Source: an uncultured Bacilli bacterium
GTDB taxonomy: Bacteria; Bacillota_I; Bacilli_A; RF39; UBA660
Direction: 5' to 3'
NCBI GenBank assembly: GCA_934096235.1
Contig: CAKOLO010000005.1
Location: 1,084 to 65,083, forward strand
DNA: 64,000 nt
Made by a program: the position numbers and the translations under genes. The notes under the pieces were generated by a model, which ran no database searches, was not told the DNA's origin, and saw only the letters and a program-made list of their open reading frames with translations. Shown here in pieces: positions 49,137 through 58,447 of the stretch. The stretch's first letter is position 1. Every line of letters starts with the position of its first letter.

Positions 49137-49947
49137 GAAATATAAAAATAAAGTAATAATAGATAATGATACTGTAACTAAAAAACGTAATGATGATGTT
49201 ATAGAATTATATGACTATTTACAAACTAGAAACTTTGATAACTTTCCAAAAATTATTTCTAAAGATGAAAGAAATATTAATTATGAATTTATAAGAGAAA
49301 AAAAGTACCATGAAATGACTAAAGGAGTAGAATTTATAAAAGTAGTTTCTAGTCTACACTCAAAAACTTTATTTTATAAAGACGTAAGTAAAAATAAATA
49401 TAAGAAAATTTATGATAAATTATTAAATAATATTGAATACTTAAAAAAATATTATGATGATATAGTAACTGATATAGAAGAATTTGAATATATGAGTCCT
49501 TCAATGTACTTATTCATAAGAAACTATAGTGCTCTTGATAGTTCACTTGTATATGCAGAAAAAAACCTAAAAAAATGGTATAAAAAAGTATCAAATAATA
49601 ACAAAGAAAGAGTATCTATCATTCATAATAATTTATCATTAAATCATTTCATAAAAGGGGATAAAAGTTATCTCTTAAGTTGGGATAATTATAAGGTTGA
49701 TACTCCAGTTTTAGATATATATAACTTTTATAAAAAAGAAGGATTTAAACTTGATTTTAATTATTTACTAAAAATATATAATGAAAACTTACAATTAACA
49801 GAAGAAGAAAAACAATTATTAAATATTTTAATATCTATACCACCAAAACTTATAAAAATAAAAGATGAATCTTTAAATACAATAAATGTAAAAGAATTTT
49901 ATGATTATATATATAGTGGTATAAGCGTAGTAAGTGAAAATAAATGA
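49129..49947 (+). CDS. CotS/YsxE-like kinase-fold spore coat protein (catalytic loop degenerate)
   Basis: IHNNLSLNHFI...YLLSWDNYKVDTPVLDIYNFY matches the CotS/YsxE pattern but lacks the HGD Asp. It overlaps the upstream gene by 8 nt. Confidence 0.5.
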   Translation: MSKKYKNKVIIDNDTVTKKRNDDVIELYDYLQTRNFDNFPKIISKDERNINYEFIREKKYHEMTKGVEFIKVVSSLHSKTLFYKDVSKNKYKKIYDKLLNNIEYLKKYYDDIVTDIEEFEYMSPSMYLFIRNYSALDSSLVYAEKNLKKWYKKVSNNNKERVSIIHNNLSLNHFIKGDKSYLLSWDNYKVDTPVLDIYNFYKKEGFKLDFNYLLKIYNENLQLTEEEKQLLNILISIPPKLIKIKDESLNTINVKEFYDYIYSGISVVSENK

Positions 49948-49967
49948 TCTACTTATGTAGATTTTTA
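49947..49967 (+). terminator. Terminator after the ysxE-like gene
   Basis: ATCTAC-TTAT-GTAGAT followed by TTTTT. Confidence 0.55.
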
Positions 49968-50011
49968 TTTTTATTTGTTATATAATTAGTACATAATAAG
50001 GGAGTGAAAGA

Positions 50012-51247
50012 ATGAATAAAAAAGGCTTTATTTCTATGACACTTGTATATACTTTTCTAGTATTGTTTTTATTCTTAATGCTTGGTGTATTACATGCATA
50101 TTCAGAAAAAAATAAATTCTTACAAGCAATAGATGATAAAATAGATTTAAGATTCACAACACCCACTAATTATGGAAAAACAATATTACAAACTCTTTTA
50201 AGTGTTTATTATGCTGAAGAAAGTGGTATCATAGATTATTCTAAAAACTCCGAAGGAAGATATCAAACAAGAACAGGCATAACACAAGATATAACTTCTA
50301 AAACAAATGGATTTTATTTTACTCAAGTAGTAGACGATGAAGATAATAACAAAATACATATGACAGAAGATGATAAAGTAGCATACTTCTTTAGAGGCAC
50401 AATAGATGATAACTATATAGTTTTAGGAAACAATTGCTGGAAAATATATAGAACTAATGAAGATGAATCAACTAGAGTAGTTTATTATGGACCATATAAT
50501 ACAAGCACTAATACTTGTACATTTAATTTAAGTAAACTACCAAGAGCTACTTATAATAACATAACAAATAATAATATGTATGTAGGGTATATGTATGGAA
50601 ACAATAGTTCTAGTTACGATGTAACACATTCAAATAACAATAATAGTTCAATAAAAACAGCACTTGATAATTGGTATATAAGCAATCTATCAGGTACACA
50701 ATATGAAAAATATATAGATGACCAAATATTCTGCAATGAAAGAAAAATTGGAATAGGTGGAAACTTTAATGGAAAAACTTATACTATGAATGGATATGGA
50801 AATTCAAATACGCTATATCAATCACTTAGAAGAAATGGAACTGATGGAACAGAAGGAACAACAATAAGTATGAGTGTAGCATATCCAATATTTAGATGTG
50901 AACAACCAAATGATAAATTCACTAAAAATAATGCTTCTGGTAATAAAAAATTAACTTATCCAATAGGAACATTAACTGCAGATGAATTTATAATCGCAGG
51001 TGGATCTTTTCAAATAGATAATACAACTGATTTACTTTATTATAATACCGACTTATGGACTATGACACCAAGTTCATTTACAAGTGGAGTAGCAAAAGCA
51101 ATAAGTGTAAAAAATAATGGTGAATTAATAGAATCAAATGTTAATGAAACACACTATATCTTACCAGTTATATCATTAAAAAATACAACATTAATAGAAA
51201 GTGGTAATGGAAAAATAGACTCTCCATACATAATAAAGGTGAAATAA
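50012..51247 (+). CDS. Large pilin-like protein (non-canonical prepilin N-terminus plus ~370-aa globular domain)
   Basis: MNKKGFISMTLVYTFLVLFLFLML has the KGF cleavage-type motif but Thr instead of Glu at +5. The C-terminal domain shows AYFFRGTIDDNYIVLGNNCWKIYRTNEDESTRVV, IKTALDNWY, YPIGTLTADEFIIAGG, LWTMTPS and ILPVISLKN. Confidence 0.6.
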   Translation: MNKKGFISMTLVYTFLVLFLFLMLGVLHAYSEKNKFLQAIDDKIDLRFTTPTNYGKTILQTLLSVYYAEESGIIDYSKNSEGRYQTRTGITQDITSKTNGFYFTQVVDDEDNNKIHMTEDDKVAYFFRGTIDDNYIVLGNNCWKIYRTNEDESTRVVYYGPYNTSTNTCTFNLSKLPRATYNNITNNNMYVGYMYGNNSSSYDVTHSNNNNSSIKTALDNWYISNLSGTQYEKYIDDQIFCNERKIGIGGNFNGKTYTMNGYGNSNTLYQSLRRNGTDGTEGTTISMSVAYPIFRCEQPNDKFTKNNASGNKKLTYPIGTLTADEFIIAGGSFQIDNTTDLLYYNTDLWTMTPSSFTSGVAKAISVKNNGELIESNVNETHYILPVISLKNTTLIESGNGKIDSPYIIKVK

Positions 51248-51248
51248 T

Positions 51249-51797
51249 ATGAAAAAAGATGGATTTATATTTATGGAAAGTTTAACTGTATTAATAGTTG
51301 TATTATTAGCAACAACAATGCTACTAAGTAGTTATTCACTATTTGTAAGAAAATCAAAAGAAAAAGAAAATTATAATTTTCCAAGTGACAGATATTTACT
51401 ATTTAATATAGCAAGATTAAATGCAGATGAAGACGAATACTATAGTTATGGAAACTATATAGCTAATAGAAGAGCTGCATCAGCAACTAATCCAAATAGT
51501 TGTGAAAATACACCTATGAAAGATAGATTAAGTGACTGTAAACAAGTATTTAAAGACAATGATTTAGTATATTTTATAGTTATAAAAGATATAAAACAAG
51601 AACTAAAAAGAACAGATATAACATCAGTATATGATAGTGGAACAATAGAATACTTAAAAACATTAAAAAGAAACTTATCATCAAATTATACAAGTGCAGA
51701 TGGAACACAAGTCACATCAGAAGGATATATAGTAGGAGTATTTTACAAAAATAGTACCTATCGTTATGCATCAATACCACTATATGGTGAAGATTAA
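51249..51797 (+). CDS. Prepilin-type (type IV pilin/pseudopilin-like) protein
   Basis: MKKDGFIFMESLTVLIVVLLA has the G-F-x-x-x-E prepilin peptidase site and a hydrophobic helix. Confidence 0.7.
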   Translation: MKKDGFIFMESLTVLIVVLLATTMLLSSYSLFVRKSKEKENYNFPSDRYLLFNIARLNADEDEYYSYGNYIANRRAASATNPNSCENTPMKDRLSDCKQVFKDNDLVYFIVIKDIKQELKRTDITSVYDSGTIEYLKTLKRNLSSNYTSADGTQVTSEGYIVGVFYKNSTYRYASIPLYGED

Positions 51798-51809
51798 TGA
51801 GGTGTATGT

Positions 51810-52442
51810 ATGAATAAAAAAGGATTTACATTAATAGAACTAATAGTAAGTATTGTACTTGTAAGTATAGTATTAGTTTCAATGACAGGGACACTTGTTA
51901 AACTAAAAGAAACATACAATGTAGTAAATGAAGATGCAGATGCTAGAATATATGGAGCAACTATATCAAAAATAATAAACGATGACTTACTAAAAAATAA
52001 TGGTATAAGAGATGTATCATGTTCAAATGATACAGACATGAGTTCATGCGATATAGTACTTGGTACAAACCAAAAAAGAACACTAGAAATACTTAGAAAT
52101 AAAATAGATAATGATAAAGAAATAATATATTCAAATGGAAAAAACATAGGTACAAAAACATATGAAAAGACAACACTAAGATATAGTGATTCAACTACTG
52201 GAGCAGTAAAAACAATATTAATAAAAACAATAGATTTAATAGTGAAATCTAATAATGAAGAAGGAAATGATTCAGTAAATAAATATGGATATAAATTTAC
52301 TGACTTATCAGTAGAGACATTCAAATATGAAAATATAGATGATTATGATAAAACTGATAAAATAACACATATAACAATAGGTCTTAGTGATGAAAAATAT
52401 AATATAGATTTATATTCATCTGGTACATATGAGAATAACTAA
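51810..52442 (+). CDS. Prepilin-type (type IV pilin/pseudopilin-like) protein
   Basis: MNKKGFTLIELIVSIVLVSIVLVS is the canonical N-terminal methylation motif. Confidence 0.8.
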   Translation: MNKKGFTLIELIVSIVLVSIVLVSMTGTLVKLKETYNVVNEDADARIYGATISKIINDDLLKNNGIRDVSCSNDTDMSSCDIVLGTNQKRTLEILRNKIDNDKEIIYSNGKNIGTKTYEKTTLRYSDSTTGAVKTILIKTIDLIVKSNNEEGNDSVNKYGYKFTDLSVETFKYENIDDYDKTDKITHITIGLSDEKYNIDLYSSGTYENN

Positions 52443-53333
52443 GAAACTAATAATACTAAACATTAACTTAATAGTTAGTGTTTTTTTAATATCTATTTTA
52501 TAGTCAGATAATATACTAAAACTTTGAAATAATATTGAAAGACTACTAAAGTTTAAAATAAGGTTTGTTAAAGCAAACTTAATATTAAAAGGTATACTTA
52601 ACTTAGAAATAGATATAACACCACTAGTTAGTTCTAAAAAGCCAGTTAAAATAGATAATATATATGGCTTAATGGTAATATATTTTGTTATAAGATTAAC
52701 TATTATAGTAAACACTATTAAATTACCAAGAATAATTATAGAAGTATTAATTCCCTTAACAATAGCATTCTTAAAACATACAAAAAAGTTATCATTATTA
52801 ATTACTTTGTTATTACTTTCTATTATAGAGTTATCTCTTCTTAAAAATAAACCAATTGCTATATTATTAAGAAAACAAATGATCCATAAAAGAACACCAA
52901 CTTTAAAACTATTATAAATAGATACACCTATAACACCAATAACAAATGCTATAGATGGAAAATAACTATAATTAAGTATTTTATTCGCAGTCTTTTCATC
53001 AATAATCTTATCATCAAGTAATTTCTTAATATAAACTGCATTACTAGGATGACTAGTAAGTATACTAAGTATAAAGATAATACTAGTATTAGAGTCAATA
53101 TTGAATATTTTATTTATAACTTTACCAAATATTTTCTTAATAAATAAGTGATAATTAAAGTATATAAGTATGTCACATAATATTATAAATGGAAATATAC
53201 TTATAAATACTTTTCTAAAGAATAAAATACTCGCATCATACGTAGAATTAATTACTACTTTAATATTCAGTATAAACACTATTAATATTAAAGTTAACAC
53301 TATATATTTTAGTTTTTTAATAATTGTATTCAT
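52416..53333 (-). CDS. Polytopic membrane protein, YlbJ-like (nucleoside-recognition/Gate-domain sporulation membrane protein)
   Basis: FRKVFISIFPFIILCDIL and ILTSHPSNAVYIKKL resemble YlbJ-family proteins. It lies next to a ylbL-like gene as in Bacillus. Its 3' end overlaps the convergent pilin gene by 27 nt. Confidence 0.45.
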   Translation of the reverse strand: MNTIIKKLKYIVLTLILIVFILNIKVVINSTYDASILFFRKVFISIFPFIILCDILIYFNYHLFIKKIFGKVINKIFNIDSNTSIIFILSILTSHPSNAVYIKKLLDDKIIDEKTANKILNYSYFPSIAFVIGVIGVSIYNSFKVGVLLWIICFLNNIAIGLFLRRDNSIIESNNKVINNDNFFVCFKNAIVKGINTSIIILGNLIVFTIIVNLITKYITIKPYILSILTGFLELTSGVISISKLSIPFNIKFALTNLILNFSSLSILFQSFSILSDYKIDIKKTLTIKLMFSIISFLVILICTR

Positions 53334-53365
53334 CTGTGATATAATATTAAAGTTAGGAGTGATTT

Positions 53366-54370
53366 ATGACAAAATTATTTAAATATATAAAAAAAGACAT
53401 ACAAACTTACTGGAAGAATTATCTAGTATTTGTACTTATTGTACCTTGGCTATTTATTTCTTTTGATTGTAATATTTATACTCCAGGTTCTTTAGTAGAC
53501 CTAACTGATAGAATAGAAGTAGATAATAGTTATGATTCTGAAGGCAGTTTTAATTTGACCTATGTAAGTGCTAGACGTGGAACTTTACCTAATATTATAT
53601 TATCTAAATTCTTTAATAATTGGGACATCGTAGGTACTTCTGAAATGAGAATAGAAGATGAAAGTGAAGATGAAATAATTGAAAGAAATAAGATTTATCT
53701 AAAGGAAACTAGTTATGATGCTATAATAGCAGCTTTCACAGAAGCAAACATACCATACGAAGTAGAAAACATTGATGTAACAGTAACACATGTATATGAA
53801 TATGCTAAAACCGATATAAAAGTAGGTGATATAGTAAGAAGTATAAATAACACATCTATAAAAGACTTTAACTCATTAAAAGAAGAAATATCTAAATATA
53901 AAAAAGATGATACAATAAAAGTAAATGTAGAAAGAAATAATAAAATAATAGAATGTACGGCTACTCTAATAGAAGTAGATGATAGAATAGTTATCGGAGC
54001 ATCTCTATCAGAATTAAAGAATATTAAAACTGATCCTAAAGTAGACTATATATTCAAAGATAATGAAAGTGGAGCATCAAGAGGACTACTTTGCGCATTA
54101 GATATTTATAACAAGATTACAAAGTTTGACTTAACTAAAGGAGATATTATTTCAGGTACTGGATCAATAGATGATAATGGAGTAGTAGGAAGTATAGATG
54201 GAGTTAAATACAAACTAGCAGGCGCAGTTAAAAGACATGCTAAAGTATTTATAGTACCAACAGATAACTATAAAGAAGCACTATATGAAAAAGAAAAACA
54301 TAACTATGATATAGAATTAATCGAAGCAGACACTCTTCATAATGTAATAGAGAAATTAAAGGCAAGATAA
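53366..54370 (+). CDS. YlbL/SepM-family PDZ plus Lon-like (S16) serine protease
   Basis: N-terminal TM segment, PDZ region (VGDIVRSINNTSIKDF), and Lon-like domain with ESGASRGLLCALDIY (Ser) and GTGSIDDNGVVGSIDGVKYKLAGA (Lys). Confidence 0.7.
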   Translation: MTKLFKYIKKDIQTYWKNYLVFVLIVPWLFISFDCNIYTPGSLVDLTDRIEVDNSYDSEGSFNLTYVSARRGTLPNIILSKFFNNWDIVGTSEMRIEDESEDEIIERNKIYLKETSYDAIIAAFTEANIPYEVENIDVTVTHVYEYAKTDIKVGDIVRSINNTSIKDFNSLKEEISKYKKDDTIKVNVERNNKIIECTATLIEVDDRIVIGASLSELKNIKTDPKVDYIFKDNESGASRGLLCALDIYNKITKFDLTKGDIISGTGSIDDNGVVGSIDGVKYKLAGAVKRHAKVFIVPTDNYKEALYEKEKHNYDIELIEADTLHNVIEKLKAR

Positions 54371-54371
54371 T

Positions 54372-55406
54372 ATGAAAACTGAAAAAGTTGGAAAGTTTAT
54401 AAAAGAATTACGCGAAAAACAAAATATTAGTCAAGATTCTTTAGCTAAGAAATTATACGTAGATAGATCTCTTATAAGTAAATGGGAAAATGGAAAACTT
54501 TCACCTGATATAAAACACATCCAAGAATTATGTAAAATATTTAACGTAAAACTAGAAGAACTATTATCAGGAGAGAAATTAACAAATAAGAATGAAAAAA
54601 CATTAGAAAGCAACTTAATAGATTATGTAGAAAAAGAAAATAACAAATATAAAAAAGTTAAAAAGATAATGATTATATTATCTATATCATTACTAAGTAT
54701 TATATTATTTTTCTTAGTATATTATTTTATACAAACCTATAATAAAACATCAATATATAAAGTAACGTTTGATAATAAAAAATATTCATCATATGATGGA
54801 TTACTAATACTTACAAGAGAAAATAGTTATTTAAAACTAGGTAAAATTGAACCAAATGTTAAAAACATAAAATTATTATATAAAGATAAAATTAAAGAAG
54901 AAATATTTTATGAAGGAGATCCTAATAATATATTATCTGATTCATATGGATATAATTCTAATGTAAATTTAAAGAATTTTAATACTTTAAAGAATAACTT
55001 ATATATTTTAATTAATGAAGATGAAATAAAAATTAATTTTGCTAAACAATACTCAAATATTTCATTAATACCAAAAAAATATAATAGTGTAAATAATACA
55101 ACTTCAAAAAATCTAACTATACCAGAAAACATAAAAAAAGAATTTAGTTGTGACGAAGACACATGTTATTTAGATAAAGACAATATTAGTTATATGTATG
55201 ATATAAATACTTCTTATCTTTATATAACAAACTACCAAGATACAATAACATATAATATTCTCAATAAATACTTCTTCTATGAAAGTGATAATAATAACTT
55301 TTCTATTGATAAAAATGAAGCAATAAATTGTTATTCAAAAACTTGCAAAAATGAATTAAAAATATATAAAGATTATTACAATAATTATATAAAAAGATAC
55401 TTATAA
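54372..55406 (+). CDS. Membrane-anchored XRE-family HTH regulator
   Basis: HTH region IKELREKQNISQDSLAKKLYVDRSLISKWENGK, one TM segment (IMIILSISLLSIILFFLVYYF) and a ~220-aa extracytoplasmic domain. Confidence 0.75.
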   Translation: MKTEKVGKFIKELREKQNISQDSLAKKLYVDRSLISKWENGKLSPDIKHIQELCKIFNVKLEELLSGEKLTNKNEKTLESNLIDYVEKENNKYKKVKKIMIILSISLLSIILFFLVYYFIQTYNKTSIYKVTFDNKKYSSYDGLLILTRENSYLKLGKIEPNVKNIKLLYKDKIKEEIFYEGDPNNILSDSYGYNSNVNLKNFNTLKNNLYILINEDEIKINFAKQYSNISLIPKKYNSVNNTTSKNLTIPENIKKEFSCDEDTCYLDKDNISYMYDINTSYLYITNYQDTITYNILNKYFFYESDNNNFSIDKNEAINCYSKTCKNELKIYKDYYNNYIKRYL

Positions 55407-55479
55407 AACATAGTGTGCCATTTATTCACTATGTTTTTATTTGACTTAATGTTAATATTAAGTCATAAGGAGGTAGAAC

Positions 55480-56193
55480 ATGAAAAAAATATTTTGTTTA
55501 TTAATATTATGCATACTATTTTTCGATAATGTAAAAGCAAACACAACAGATGAAACAATATTTTATTCCAATGATTTAGGAACAAAATTTAGTGAAAAAG
55601 AATATAATTTCATCAATCAAATGTTTTACGAAGGATATCAAAAATATATAACAAAAGATGAATTAGAAAAAATGAGAATATCAAATATTATAAAAGACGA
55701 GATAGAGAAAATTGAAATACCAGTTGTAAATGAATATAGTTTGAATAATAGTGGTAGAGTATTAAATTTAACAAAGTCATGTGGAACAACTTGTTTAGTA
55801 GCAATGAATATCTCATGGAATAGTATCCCGCAAATTAAAGAATATGATGTTTTAGGATTTAGAATAGAAAATGTTGAAATAAAAAGTACTAACAGTGTAA
55901 AGATTAGTGCAAATAATTATAGTAAAACGTATTCATATAATAAATCATCAAAAGAAGGGAGAGGATTTTCGATAGTACTACCAAATGCAAATAATATAAA
56001 AATTTCTGCATCTATTTATGCCACAAAAGGTGGAAAAGTATATGGAGCATATCAGCATGCAAAAGAGAAGGTAAGTTTAGATGTAAGTAAACTTTATAAC
56101 TTCAGTTCATCAGGTAGTGGTAAAGTAATGCAATTTTATGGTAAAGCATTTGGAAAATATGATGATATTAATGGATTAAATATTAGTGTATAA
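55480..56193 (+). CDS. Secreted hypothetical protein
   Basis: Signal peptide MKKIFCLLILCILFFDNVKA. No recognisable domain. It is translationally coupled to the protease gene. Confidence 0.5.
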   Translation: MKKIFCLLILCILFFDNVKANTTDETIFYSNDLGTKFSEKEYNFINQMFYEGYQKYITKDELEKMRISNIIKDEIEKIEIPVVNEYSLNNSGRVLNLTKSCGTTCLVAMNISWNSIPQIKEYDVLGFRIENVEIKSTNSVKISANNYSKTYSYNKSSKEGRGFSIVLPNANNIKISASIYATKGGKVYGAYQHAKEKVSLDVSKLYNFSSSGSGKVMQFYGKAFGKYDDINGLNISV

Positions 56194-56206
56194 AGGAGTG
56201 AAAAGA

Positions 56207-57343
56207 ATGAAAAAAATTTTAGCAATTATATTTATTGTATTACTTAATATAAGTATAATTAATGCAGAAGAATATGATCAAGAAACAATTGATATGAACT
56301 TAGAACAAGCAGAAAAAGCAGCAGAGATAGAAGATACTTTAAAAGAAAATGGATATCCTGAATATTATGGTGGAATCTACATTAGTGACGATTCAACACA
56401 CGTTGTAATGTTAATAGTAGAAGAAAATTTACCAAAGGATATCAATTCAAAAGAGTACGAATTATTAGAAAATATAATAAGAAAACATGAAGATATAGAA
56501 ATTAAATATGTAAAGAATTCATACAAAGAATTATTAGAAACATTTGATAAAATATCTAATTATAGTAAAGAAAATAGAGAAGTTAAAAAAATAACAAGTC
56601 ATTCAATAGATGTAATAAATAATAAAGTTACAGTTTCAATAAAAAATTTAGAACTAAATGAAATAAAAAATGTAAAAGATCATGTTACTAACTTAAAAAA
56701 TGAAGAAATAGATGATATAATAGTATTTGAAAAGAGTGGAAGAAATGGAATAGACTCTTTAGATGCTGGGCAGGGATTAACTATAGGCAAATATGAAGAT
56801 AATTGCAGTATGGGCTATAGAGTGAAGATAAACAATAAACCAGGATATATTACAGCAGCCCATTGTTTTGAAAAAAATGGTGTTGGTGCTCCTGGTGGAA
56901 CTGTAAAAATATGGCAAAAAGGTGGTCCGATAGATGCGGCATTTGTTGAGGTTGCAACAAGTTTAATGACTTTCTTCGAACCTACAAACAATCTAAAATA
57001 TACAAGTGGAACAATAACGAAATTAAATACAAGCACTTGTCCAACATTAGTTGTAAATCAAATCATAGCAAAGGTCGGAGTTAAAACTGGATATACATCA
57101 GGAAAAATAAAATCAGTAAAAGAAAATGTAACATTTAAAATAAAAAATGGATACTCAGTTGATAACATAATTCAAGTAAGATATTCAGCAGCCGGAGGAG
57201 ATAGTGGAGGAGTTGTGTTTATTCCTAAAAATGTAAATGGAGGTGCTACTGTAGTTGGTATTCATATCGGATTTGAAGAAGATTACAAAATAGTTGTTCC
57301 AGCATCAGAAATATACAAAGTATTTAATTATACTAGATACTAA
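56207..57343 (+). CDS. Secreted S1-family serine protease, alpha-lytic/streptogrisin type, with a pro-region
   Basis: Signal peptide and a two-repeat pro-region (YYGGIYISDDSTHVVMLIV; SHSIDVINNKVTVSI). Catalytic residues: ITAAHC (His), IDAAFVEV (Asp) and GGDSGGVVF (Ser). The start at 56207 follows AAAGGAG. Confidence 0.75.
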   Translation: MKKILAIIFIVLLNISIINAEEYDQETIDMNLEQAEKAAEIEDTLKENGYPEYYGGIYISDDSTHVVMLIVEENLPKDINSKEYELLENIIRKHEDIEIKYVKNSYKELLETFDKISNYSKENREVKKITSHSIDVINNKVTVSIKNLELNEIKNVKDHVTNLKNEEIDDIIVFEKSGRNGIDSLDAGQGLTIGKYEDNCSMGYRVKINNKPGYITAAHCFEKNGVGAPGGTVKIWQKGGPIDAAFVEVATSLMTFFEPTNNLKYTSGTITKLNTSTCPTLVVNQIIAKVGVKTGYTSGKIKSVKENVTFKIKNGYSVDNIIQVRYSAAGGDSGGVVFIPKNVNGGATVVGIHIGFEEDYKIVVPASEIYKVFNYTRY

Positions 57344-57357
57344 TGGAGTGGTAAAAA

Positions 57358-57753
57358 ATGAAAAAACTAAAACTTTTATTAATAATACCATTAATATTTT
57401 TAATATTAGCTGGTTGTGAAACAGAACAAGATAGAATTAATAAGCAATATCATATTGAATATGATCAAGCAATAAAAGAATTTCAGAATAAGAATTTACC
57501 CAAGTTAAAGAAAAGTGAATTACAAGCAATAAGAGATGATATAGCTAGTAAAACATTCGAAAATGCGAAAGGCAAAGATTATAATTTTAAAGTTTTAACA
57601 CTAGGAATAGATGAAATCAATGGTGTTGTAGACGTTGGACTATATGTAAATAATGAAGAAACAAGAAAAGAATTCAAAGAAAAAGTAAATAATTCGGAAT
57701 ATGTAGTATTCTATCAAACAGATGGTGCCCATCTACACAATAACAACAATTAA
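57358..57753 (+). CDS. Small lipoprotein, paralog 1 of 3
   Basis: Lipobox LILAGC. 131 aa, ends LHNNNN. The gene begins 14 nt after the protease stop. Confidence 0.7.
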   Translation: MKKLKLLLIIPLIFLILAGCETEQDRINKQYHIEYDQAIKEFQNKNLPKLKKSELQAIRDDIASKTFENAKGKDYNFKVLTLGIDEINGVVDVGLYVNNEETRKEFKEKVNNSEYVVFYQTDGAHLHNNNN

Positions 57754-57821
57754 TACATTCTATCAAATAATAATATTTATAACTAAAAGTAATTATTACG
57801 TAGAAATAAATTAATAATATA

Positions 57822-57862
57822 AAACATGGTTATTTCTAGAGCTGAAATTACTATGTTTTTTT
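57822..57862 (+). terminator. Terminator inside repeat spacer 1 (identical copy at 58367-58407)
   Basis: AAACATGGTTATTTC / GAAATTACTATGTTT imperfect stem followed by a T-run. Confidence 0.6.
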
Positions 57863-57902
57863 AATCTATGATATTCTATAAATAGAAAGGTAGGGATAGT
57901 AG

Positions 57903-58298
57903 ATGAAAAAAATAAAATTTTTATTAATAATACCATTAATATTTTTAATGTTAACTGGTTGTGAAACAGAACAGGATAAGAGAATTAAGCAATATCATAT
58001 TGAATATGATCAAGCAATAAAAGAATTTCAAGATAAGAATTTGCCCGAATTAAAGAAAAGTGAATTATATAAAATACACGAAGATATTGCGAGTAAAACA
58101 TTTGAGAACGCCAAAGGTAAAGATTACAAATTTAATGTGTTATCATTGTGGGTTGATGAAGAAAACGGAGTTATTGCAGTTGGACTATATGTAAATAATG
58201 AAGAAACAAGAAAAGAATTTAAAGAAAAAGTAAGTGATTCTGAGTACGTAGTATTCTATCAATCAAATGGTGCTCAACTACACAATAACAACAATTAA
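57903..58298 (+). CDS. Small lipoprotein, paralog 2 of 3
   Basis: Lipobox MLTGC. 131 aa. By manual alignment, 105 of 131 residues are identical to paralog 1. Confidence 0.7.
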   Translation: MKKIKFLLIIPLIFLMLTGCETEQDKRIKQYHIEYDQAIKEFQDKNLPELKKSELYKIHEDIASKTFENAKGKDYKFNVLSLWVDEENGVIAVGLYVNNEETRKEFKEKVSDSEYVVFYQSNGAQLHNNNN

Positions 58299-58447
58299 TA
58301 CATTCTATCAAATAATAATATTTATAACTAAAAGTAATTATTACGTAGAAATAAATTAATAATATAAAACATGGTTATTTCTAGAGCTGAAATTACTATG
58401 TTTTTTTAATCTATGATATTCTATAAATAGAAAGGTAGGGATAATAG

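Noticed and set aside
51794-52324. 176-aa ORF on the minus strand
   Set aside because: It lies entirely antisense to the well-supported prepilin gene at 51810-52442. It has no RBS, and its Ser/Phe/Ile-rich low-complexity translation is typical of a shadow ORF in AT-rich DNA.
52672-53382. Plus-strand ORFs 52672-52917 and 53170-53382
   Set aside because: They are antisense to the ylbJ-like membrane protein gene. They are shadow ORFs.
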